DNA from: Candidatus Zhuqueibacterota bacterium
GTDB taxonomy: Bacteria; Zhuqueibacterota; Zhuqueibacteria; Thermofontimicrobiales; Thiofontviventaceae
Length of the DNA stretch: 64,000 nt
Assembly (NCBI GenBank): GCA_016931935.1
Contig: JAFGDW010000300.1
Coordinates: forward strand, 55,274-119,273
Direction: 5' to 3'
This document shows positions 29,427 to 38,400 of the stretch, one piece after another; the first letter of the stretch is position 1; the number at the start of each line of letters is the position of its first letter. A program made the translations under genes and the position numbers. The notes beneath the pieces were generated by a model. It was not told where the DNA came from and made no database searches. It was given only the letters and a program-made list of their open reading frames with translations.

Positions 29427-32400
29427 ATGCGACTACCAAAATTGGCAATAGAAAATTACCAGTTCACTCTCATCATAATATTGATACTGGTTTCTCTTGG
29501 AGCGGTCTCGTTTATGACCATGCCTCGCTCCGAAGATCCACAGGTTTCGCCACCGGGAGCGACAATCTTTGCAATTTATCCCGGCGCCACACCGGCCGAT
29601 CTGGAACAGCTTGTTGTCGATCCGATTGAAGAAGCGCTTAATGAACTGGACGATGTGAAGCTCATTGATTCCAATATGAAAGACGGTCTGGCGCTGACGA
29701 CAATTGAATTTGTTGTTGGTTCGAATGCCGAAAAGAAATACGACGATGTGGTACAGAAAGTCAATACTGTGCTTCCACAACTGCCCAAGGAAATCTGGCA
29801 GCTAAGCACCGTAAAGTGGTCGATTACCGATGTAAATATTCTGCAAATGGCGCTGGTGTCAGATTCTGCAAATTATTCAACACTCGAAAAAGAGGCAGAA
29901 CGACTGAAGGATATGCTGGAAAAAATCGCCGGCGTCAAACGCGTGGAAACGCTGGCATATCCCCAACAGGAAGTTCGGGTTGAACTGCGTACGGAAAAAA
30001 TGGCGCAAAACGGACTATCACTCAGTCAGGTCACCGGCGCAATTCAAGCCGCGAATATGAATATTCCCGGCGGCTACGTGGATTTAGGCAGCAAGCGCTT
30101 CAATATCCAGACCAGCGGTGATTATCAATCACTTGACGACATTCGCAACACGATTGTGCATTCCAGCGGCGCCAAATTGGTTTATCTGAAAGACATCGCC
30201 AATGTGACAATGTCATACGAAGATCAACAATATAAGGCGCGGTTTAACGGTCACCGTGCGGTGTTTGTAAATTTGAAGCAGAAGCCGCATACCAATATTT
30301 TCATGATCATTGAAAATATCGAGCAAAAGCTGGCTAAATTTAAACAGACATTGCCAGTGAATATCTCGATGCACTATGTGTTCAATCAGGCAGATAGTGT
30401 GCATCATCGCATCAGTAATTTCATTTCTAACCTGTTGCAGGGAATTGTGCTGGTCGGTGTGGTGATGTTCCTGTTTCTTAGCTTTCGCGCCTCAATGATT
30501 GTGATGATGGCAATTCCGATCTCCATACTCATCGGTATTGGTTTTGTGGACATGACCGGCTATGGACTACAGCAGATGACAATTGCCGGATTGGTGATCG
30601 TCCTGGGTATTCTGGTAGATAATGCGATTGTAGTAGCGGAAAATGTTTCCCGCTTCATCAAAATGGGCTATTCCAATATTGAAGCTGCTGTGGAAGGCAC
30701 AAAACAGATTGGCTGGGCGATTGTCAGCGCAACTGCAACAACGTTGCTGGCATTCGTGCCAATTATGATGATTGGTGATATGACCGGAGACTTCATCCGT
30801 AGCATGCCGGTGACAGTTGTATATACATTAAGCGCATCGTTACTGGTCGCACTTATTTTTACACCATTTCTGGCTAGCCGTTTTCTAAGCGCTAATAAAA
30901 TCCAGCATGGGAATCGCGTCCAAAACAGTATGATGAAATTTGTCGAGGGACCATACAGAAAAACGCTGAAATATGCATTGGGTCATCGCAAGCTCGTGAT
31001 CATTTTGGCATTAGTTGCATTTATGCTTAGTTTACTATTATTTAAAGTGGTCGGCACCAGCCTGTTTCCCAAGGCTGAAAAACCACAATTTCTGATTAAT
31101 ATCCAAACTCCGCAGGGCACCAATCTGGACCGAACCGGAGAGATTGCCACGAACGTTGAATCCTTACTTCTGGCGCGTGATGACGTGGAACGGGTCGCGA
31201 CGAATATCGGGCATAGCAATCCGCGCATCTACTACAACATTGCAGAGGAACGGGAACAGAGCACGCATGCTCAGCTTTTCATTCAATTAAAGAAATACAA
31301 TCGAAAGCGGATGGCAGCGACGATCGATGCACTTCGTGCCACGTTTAAAACATGGCCCGGCGCCGTTATCGAAGTGAAGGAATTGGAACAAGGCCCGCCG
31401 GTGGAAGCGCCGGTTGCCGTGAAAATAATTGGCCCCAATCTGGATGAACTACGGCAATATGCCCTCACGGTTGAAAAAATTGTACGCAGCGCTGAAGGTA
31501 CCGTGAATGTGAAAAATCCGCTACAGACAAACAAAACCGATTTGCATGTGGACATCAATCGGGAGAAAGCCGGCCTGTTTGGTGTGCCGTTGGTGGAGAT
31601 CGACCGAACCGTGCGCACCTGCCTGACTGGCATGCCAGTGTCGATTTATCGCGATGCTAATGGCGATGATTACAACATCGTACTGCGATTGCCGATTGAA
31701 GGATCACCACAGTTGAGTGATTTTGACCGGATATTTGTATCGTCCCTGACAGGTACACAAATTCCACTGAAACAGTTGGCTACCATCGAGTTCATCGAGA
31801 GTCCGATGGAGATCAATCATTTCAAGCTTGAGCGTGATGTGACCATCACCGCGGATGTGATGAGTGGCTACCTCGTCAGCGATGTAACGCAGCAGGTCGT
31901 TTCCAAACTGGATGACATTAAATTGGCGCCGGATTATCGGTTTCACATTGGCGGCGAGCAGGAGCATCAACAGGAAGCATTTGGCGGCATGATGAAGGCG
32001 ATTATCATTGCAGCGATTGGCATTATTGGCGTGCTCGTATTGCAATTCCGGTCGTTCTTACAACCGATGATTGTGATCACGGCGTTTCCGTTGGCCATTA
32101 TCGGCGCAACGCTGGCGTTGTTGATTACCGGTTACAGTTTTTCATTCACCGCGTTTGTCGGATTAGCCAGTCTCGTTGGCATTGTAGTTAACAATTCGAT
32201 CATTCTGGTTGATTATACAAATCAATTGCTTGCTCAGGGCCGCAGCATCGATGATGCAGTGCAGGAGGCCGGCGAAACCCGCTTCCGTCCGATTGTACTC
32301 ACCACAGGCACTACTATCGGTGGCTTACTACCACTCACGTTAAGTGGCGGCACACTCTGGGCGCCGATGGGCTGGGTAATTATCGGAGGCCTCACTGTTT

Positions 32401-32468
32401 CAACGATTTTGACGTTGGTGATTGTGCCGGTGTTGTACAAAATATTTACACCAAATGGTTCTCGATAA
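29427..32468 (+). CDS. Efflux RND transporter permease (AcrB/CzcA superfamily)
   Basis: 1013 aa with 12 TM and two large periplasmic loops; canonical RND architecture. Confidence 0.9.
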   Translation: MRLPKLAIENYQFTLIIILILVSLGAVSFMTMPRSEDPQVSPPGATIFAIYPGATPADLEQLVVDPIEEALNELDDVKLIDSNMKDGLALTTIEFVVGSNAEKKYDDVVQKVNTVLPQLPKEIWQLSTVKWSITDVNILQMALVSDSANYSTLEKEAERLKDMLEKIAGVKRVETLAYPQQEVRVELRTEKMAQNGLSLSQVTGAIQAANMNIPGGYVDLGSKRFNIQTSGDYQSLDDIRNTIVHSSGAKLVYLKDIANVTMSYEDQQYKARFNGHRAVFVNLKQKPHTNIFMIIENIEQKLAKFKQTLPVNISMHYVFNQADSVHHRISNFISNLLQGIVLVGVVMFLFLSFRASMIVMMAIPISILIGIGFVDMTGYGLQQMTIAGLVIVLGILVDNAIVVAENVSRFIKMGYSNIEAAVEGTKQIGWAIVSATATTLLAFVPIMMIGDMTGDFIRSMPVTVVYTLSASLLVALIFTPFLASRFLSANKIQHGNRVQNSMMKFVEGPYRKTLKYALGHRKLVIILALVAFMLSLLLFKVVGTSLFPKAEKPQFLINIQTPQGTNLDRTGEIATNVESLLLARDDVERVATNIGHSNPRIYYNIAEEREQSTHAQLFIQLKKYNRKRMAATIDALRATFKTWPGAVIEVKELEQGPPVEAPVAVKIIGPNLDELRQYALTVEKIVRSAEGTVNVKNPLQTNKTDLHVDINREKAGLFGVPLVEIDRTVRTCLTGMPVSIYRDANGDDYNIVLRLPIEGSPQLSDFDRIFVSSLTGTQIPLKQLATIEFIESPMEINHFKLERDVTITADVMSGYLVSDVTQQVVSKLDDIKLAPDYRFHIGGEQEHQQEAFGGMMKAIIIAAIGIIGVLVLQFRSFLQPMIVITAFPLAIIGATLALLITGYSFSFTAFVGLASLVGIVVNNSIILVDYTNQLLAQGRSIDDAVQEAGETRFRPIVLTTGTTIGGLLPLTLSGGTLWAPMGWVIIGGLTVSTILTLVIVPVLYKIFTPNGSR

Positions 32469-32527
32469 ATAATATTGGAATTGCTAACGATTATAAAATT
32501 TTCGTATAAAGTCCCTTTCATTAAAAT

Positions 32528-32562
32528 GCAGGCTCTGCCGTTGGTGGGCCTGTATTTTTTTA
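32528..32562 (+). terminator. Putative rho-independent terminator after the RND operon
   Basis: GC hairpin caggc...gcctg (32529-52) followed by a T-run (32555-62). Confidence 0.4.
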
Positions 32563-32743
32563 TTATCTTCATTTTATCTTCATTGTCATTTATTATTATC
32601 CGATCAATATTCGATGGACACTATTATTACATATTATTTTATCATTTAACTTGATTTTATCCTCATAATTTTGTAACATGTTTACTTTATTTTTCACTAT
32701 TTTAAACAATCACGTTTATCATTTTCAATAACAATTTTGAACC

Positions 32744-33337
32744 ATGACACTTGAACATTTCATCAGCCAATACGGCTATCTGGCATTGTTTCTTGGCATT
32801 TTACTAGAAGGCGAAATGGTGCTCATTATCGCCGGGATAGCAGCCCGTCAGGAATTTTTAAGTCTTTTTAACGTCATAATGGTCGCTTATATGGGGGCAT
32901 TTCTTAGCGATCAGTTTTTTTTCTTTCTGGGACGGTTGAAAGGAAATTCACTAATTGTCAATCGCCCGGCCTGGCGTTGGCGTGCCCGTAAAGTTCAGCG
33001 AATGTTGAAAAAATACCAAAACTGGGCAATTTTAGGATTCCGATTTTTCTATGGAACGCGTATCATCGCCCCGTTTGTGATTGGAACTAGCAAAGTTACG
33101 GTTCGCCGATTTGTTATATTAAACGTTATTTGTGTCGGCGTATGGGCAAGCATTATTGCCTCGGGCGGTTATTTGTTCGGTCACGCCGTTGAAACGCTGT
33201 TTAAGGATGTGCAACATTATCAAAAATATGCGATCCTTGGATTTGTGTTGCTTGGATTTATTCTATGGTTAATCCAATCCATCAGAACAAAACGGATACA
33301 AAAAAATAATAGAATTTCGGAAACGGATGATATCTAA
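32744..33337 (+). CDS. DedA/SNARE-associated (TVP38/TMEM64) family membrane protein
   Basis: 197 aa. YGYLALFLGILLEGE start and a GxxxF...FFYGTRIIAPFVIG signature. Confidence 0.8.
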   Translation: MTLEHFISQYGYLALFLGILLEGEMVLIIAGIAARQEFLSLFNVIMVAYMGAFLSDQFFFFLGRLKGNSLIVNRPAWRWRARKVQRMLKKYQNWAILGFRFFYGTRIIAPFVIGTSKVTVRRFVILNVICVGVWASIIASGGYLFGHAVETLFKDVQHYQKYAILGFVLLGFILWLIQSIRTKRIQKNNRISETDDI

Positions 33338-33626
33338 ATATGTAATACTACCATGAAACGTAATAAAGCTAACCGCAGTGAGCAGTGGCAAAACCGATTA
33401 CCGATCTCTGCTTGCCGATTATTAATGATTCGGTTAATTAGATGTCTGTCCGGAAATCGTTGACTTCGTAACGCAATCATCTTGATTGCAAGTTAAATAT
33501 TGAAGTTATATATGAAATTATACAAGCTGGAAGCTTATCGTACTTTCCCTGACATCAACAGAGTGATTAGTGCATATTTAAACTAAAACACTCGTTCTCG
33601 ATTTTTAACCCGGAGTTTATAAAATA

Positions 33627-35093
33627 ATGACACATAATATATCAACAATTGACTATAGCCGTAAATGGTGGGTGATGGCCGTATTAGGCATGGGAATATT
33701 TTTAGCAACGATCGATGGCAGTATCGTCAACATTGCTTTACCAACATTAGTAAAACAGTTCGACGCACGGTTTGAAACTGTACAATGGGTGGCGCTAAGT
33801 TACATGCTTACGCTGGCTACACTAATGCTTAGTATAGGCCGGCTAGCGGATATGGTTGGGAAAAAACCAATTTACTTTATTGGAATGATTTTATTCACAC
33901 TGGGCTCTTTAATGTGTGGGCTTTCACAGACTATCTACCAATTAATTGCGTTTCGTATATTTCAAGCCATAGGCGCTTCCATGATGTTGGCGCTGGGTAT
34001 TGGTATTTTGACAGAATCGTTTCCGCCACAAGAACGTGGCAAAGCCCTGGGAATTTCGGGCGCAATTGTTTCCATCGGTATCATTCTCGGCCCAACACTT
34101 GGTGGTATGCTTATCGATCTGATTTCATGGCACTGGATTTTCTTTGTCAATCTGCCAATCGGGATTGTTGGCTCTTTTATGGTCATTCGTATTCTCCCGA
34201 ATACGAAAGGTGCAGCCGGCCAAAAATTTGATTTTCCGGGCGCTGTAGCACTTTTTGTCAGTTTACTGGCGTTTCTGTTGGCGCTAACAGTTGGACAAAA
34301 AATTGGCTTCACCCATCCGATTATTCTAAGCTTGTTGGGAACCTGGTTCATCTTTTTCATTATATTTCTTGTCGCGGAAATTAAAACCAATCATCCGATG
34401 GTCGACCTGCGGCTGTTTCGCAATCAATTGTTCAGCCTCAGCCTGTTTACCGGCTTTATCACATTCGTCTGTACCGGGGGCATTGTGTTGCTCATGCCAT
34501 TTTATCTGGAAAATGTGCTGCACTACGATCCCCATCAGGCAGGCTTACTGATGGCCATTGTCCCGGTCAGCGCCGGAATTATCAGTCCACTATCAGGATC
34601 GTTGTCAGATCGATTTGGCACCCGGCCCGTAGCAATTGTCGGATTGATCTTTATGCTTATCGGCTATTCAAGTCTGCTCAGTCTAAGCGCCACAACAACA
34701 ACCATCGGCTATTTGATCCGATTTTTCCCGGTCGGATTGGGCATCGGTGTTTTCCAATCTCCAAACAACAGCGCCATTATGGGCACTGCCTCAAAAGAAA
34801 AATTGGGCGTTGTTTCCAGCTTGCTTTCGCTCACGCGCACACTCGGTCAAACTTCCGGCATTGCCGCGCTTGGTGCGTTCTGGGCATTCCGCGTTGCCGC
34901 CCATTCACATCAGGCATTCGATTTCAGCGCCGCCAATACCGATCCAATTGCTCAGGTCTCCGGCCTATTTGATACATTTATCATTGCGGTCGGGTTTACG
35001 GCGATTGCCCTGGCGTTAAGTGTAATCAGTTGTGTACGGGAAAAGGCCTGTGTTATTGGGAAATCCATGATTGTTGATGGGGCGGTTTCGTAG
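33627..35093 (+). CDS. MFS transporter, DHA2 (14-TMS drug:H+ antiporter, EmrB/QacA-like)
   Basis: 488 aa, 14 predicted TMs. MFS motif A region GRLADMVGKK. Confidence 0.8.
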   Translation: MTHNISTIDYSRKWWVMAVLGMGIFLATIDGSIVNIALPTLVKQFDARFETVQWVALSYMLTLATLMLSIGRLADMVGKKPIYFIGMILFTLGSLMCGLSQTIYQLIAFRIFQAIGASMMLALGIGILTESFPPQERGKALGISGAIVSIGIILGPTLGGMLIDLISWHWIFFVNLPIGIVGSFMVIRILPNTKGAAGQKFDFPGAVALFVSLLAFLLALTVGQKIGFTHPIILSLLGTWFIFFIIFLVAEIKTNHPMVDLRLFRNQLFSLSLFTGFITFVCTGGIVLLMPFYLENVLHYDPHQAGLLMAIVPVSAGIISPLSGSLSDRFGTRPVAIVGLIFMLIGYSSLLSLSATTTTIGYLIRFFPVGLGIGVFQSPNNSAIMGTASKEKLGVVSSLLSLTRTLGQTSGIAALGAFWAFRVAAHSHQAFDFSAANTDPIAQVSGLFDTFIIAVGFTAIALALSVISCVREKACVIGKSMIVDGAVS

Positions 35094-35461
35094 TTATATT
35101 GCAATGATATTCCATTATGAATATTCCGGTAGAGAAAATTCATACCATATCCAGTTTCCCTATCCTCCCAACAAATCTCATATCCACCAATCGCCAAATA
35201 AGGCATTCCCAAATCGATAATAGTTTATAATTTTATCCAACATCTTCAGGTAATTCTTTCATCTATCTTCTGCCATACGGACGTTTCCTCCATTAATTAA
35301 AAAATCTTCATTTTGTTCAACAATTGTTATTTTTTCAATTCGAAAAACGATGAAGTATAAATGGAAGCATATCCGAATTACCAAATCAATGTCGGTTTCT
35401 GCAATTTTTTCTTGTGGGAAGCAGAACTGCTTATTTACTAATCAGAGGAGGCGCTACGATC

Positions 35462-38400
35462 ATGCAACAGTACAAAAAATTATTCATAATTACTCTTGTG
35501 TTATTGAGCACGATATTTTCAATGCAGATTGCGCTGGTTGCCCAGGGACAGCCACCGGAGTCGCCCAAAGGCCCGATGGGCATCCCCTTTATGCTTGCAT
35601 TTATGCCTGGCGACAGTGCTAAAATCCCGGTTGAATTTTTTGAATCCGTACCTGCCGATTCGCAGGTCAGCGGTTTTGCCTTTACGTTAGTAAAGAATTC
35701 CAGTGATCTTAAATTTCACGGAGTTGACACAGCAGCTACTGCGCTGAGCCATTGGACAGTTGATTACACCATGTCTGGTGACTCAATTCGAGTACAAGCA
35801 AACGCTCCGGGTGGAGTTTACTTTACGAAACCAGACGGCCCTCCAGCATTGCTTTGTGCTATCCGAGGCATGATCTATCAGGGCGCTGCCGTAGGTGACA
35901 GCATTGGCCTGCAGATTCGCCATGTGTCGATAGTAAAGAAGGGCCAGACGGTGGCGCTACCGGATTCAATGTTTGGCCCATCGATGATAAAATTACAGAC
36001 AGGCGATACTCCTCCACAGCCAGGAAATACAATCGCGTTTACATTTCTCGATACCCAATCGTGGCCTGATTCCAGCTTTAGCATTGATTTTGCCGTTACC
36101 GAGCCGGTTCCTGCGGATTCACAGGTTAGTCGCATTCGCGGAGTGATGGAAGCGATACCAAACGAAGTCATGTGGTCCAGCAGCGAAAGCATGTTGTCGC
36201 CCCAATTCAGTGGCTGGTCACTTATCGTTACACCCGAAAGCGGCCTCGTTGAGTTCGATCTCGAAGCGCCGAATGGAACATATCTCGTCCATGATGGGAA
36301 CGATCCATTTGTTATCTTCAGTCTTGGTGGGAATATATTGTCAACATCGATGCCCGGGACTAATATTGAAGTGCAAGCAGACCGATTATTTCTGACAATT
36401 AAAGGTACAGAATTGGTGACGGATCCGGATAAGGTGCATTCCGGTTTTATCAAGATCATGGGCGATGAACCGCCTCCACCTCCGCCGGGGAACGAATTGT
36501 CATTTTCGTTTGGCCATAGCTTTTCCAAACCGGACTCAGGCTTTGGTTTGGATTTCATGATAACGCAACCGATTCCCGCTGATTCCCAACTTATTCGAAT
36601 TCATGCGAAAGTTGTTGCCAATCCGACCGAGGTCATTTGGACATCCAACGGTCAAATTTTGGCGCCTGAATTATCAAATTGGGCATTAGACATCATCCCC
36701 GGTGATGAATTTGTCGAATTCGAATTAATGTCTATCGATGGTTCCCCGCTTGTGCATGATGGGCAAGATCCATTTATTGTGTTTAATCTTACGGGCGTCG
36801 TTAAGGGTTACGCCACTCCGGATCATGCGATTGAAGTAGTCGCAACTGAACTCGAGCTTGAAGTCAATAATAAAGTCGTAACTGCCGATCCACAAATAAT
36901 CATGCCCGGCAAAATTATGTTGGATGATGGCGAAAATCCGCCTCCACCACCCGATCACGGATACTTATTTTCGTTTAATGAAGCCATATCGGACCCCGGA
37001 TCTTATTTTAATTTAATGTTCGCGTTAACAAGCCCGGTGCCACCGGATTCGCAATTAAGCCGTATCCGCATGGTTGTGCAGAGCATGCCGCCAGCGTTAA
37101 ACTGGGCCGAAACAGGGCATTCACTTCAACCAATTATGAGTGATTGGACATTAACGGTGACACCGGGACCGGAAGCCACCGAATTTGATCTTGTCGCTCC
37201 GCCGGGCGTTTTCCTGGCAACTGATTCATCCATGTCTGGGTTGAATTTAGTTCTGTTTAGCGGTGAAGTCGCACCAGATGCGCCGGCTCAGGGGATGGTT
37301 GATGTTCAGGCCAAAGAACTGTTCCTGACACTCAATGGCGTCGAAAAGACGATCGATCCGATAACTGTTCAACCGGGAAAAGTTTTACTCGGCAATGGCG
37401 AAGAACCACCACCAGGGCAACAATCCCTGTTTGCATTTTTCGATACATTCTCCAAACCGGATTCCAACTTTGCAATGGAATTTGCCATTACACAACCAAT
37501 TCCCGCCGACTCACAGTTAAGCCGGATTTGTGCAGTCGTTCGGGCGATGCCACAGGAGCTGGATTGGTCGCCAACCGGGCACATGCTAGCACCAGGCATG
37601 GAAAGCTGGAGCTTGAATGTAACGGTAGGCAATGATTCGATGATGTTCGATATCCAGGCGCCAACCGGCCAATTCATCACACATGATGCGATGGTGCCGC
37701 TCGTGCTTGCAACATTCGTGGGGGGTGTTCGCCCGTCAGCATCGGTTGAACAGAATATTGAAGTCAAAGCGGAAAATCTAAAGCTGACCATCAAGGGTAT
37801 AGAACATGAGTTTGATCCCGGAATGATTCAACCGGGCAAAGTGCGGTTGAATAATAATCCCGATGGTCCGCCACCGGGAGGGGAATCACTGTTCATATTC
37901 TTCGATACAAACGCTGAACCCGGAACTGATTTTCTGCTTGATTTTGCCGTTGCCATGCCGGTTCCGGCAGATTCAGAAATTAGTCGCTTACAGATCGGCT
38001 TAAAAATTGAACCGAATTTATTGGTGTGGAACGCCGATGAATCAAAAGTCGCCGAGGAGCTTGCGGATTGGACGCTTACATCCACTGCGGCAGGAGATTC
38101 AATGGAGTTCGATTTGCAGTCGACAAGTGGCAGCTTTCTGGTGCATGATGGATTCGATCCATATCGGATTGCTACGTTAGCCGGTTCTGTTCAGGCAAGC
38201 GCACCACAAAATGCCATTATTCAATTAACAGCGACAAAAATTTATGTAACTATGCACGGTGTTGTAACATCAATACCACCGACGTCCATCCCCCCGGTAA
38301 AAATTATGCTCGGTGGTCATGTTGGTCCACCTCCGCCGCCTCCACCGCCTCCGCCTCCAACACCAATTTCATCGGGCGATGGCCGCATGAATCTTGGATT

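Noticed and set aside
35878-36558. 226-aa minus-strand ORF, plus several other 60-140-aa ORFs on the opposite strand or in alternate frames inside the giant T9SS cargo gene (e.g. 37369..37794, 37828..38085, 39617..39922, 40096..40583)
   Set aside because: Fully embedded in a long gene that has clear domain architecture. The products are Pro/Gly/Ser-rich mirror translations of the repeat region, with no start context or homology.
35546-38340. Possible CRISPR array suggested by regular ~480-bp periodicity
   Set aside because: The repeats are in-frame, diverged protein-coding units with no short identical direct repeats, spacers or cas genes.
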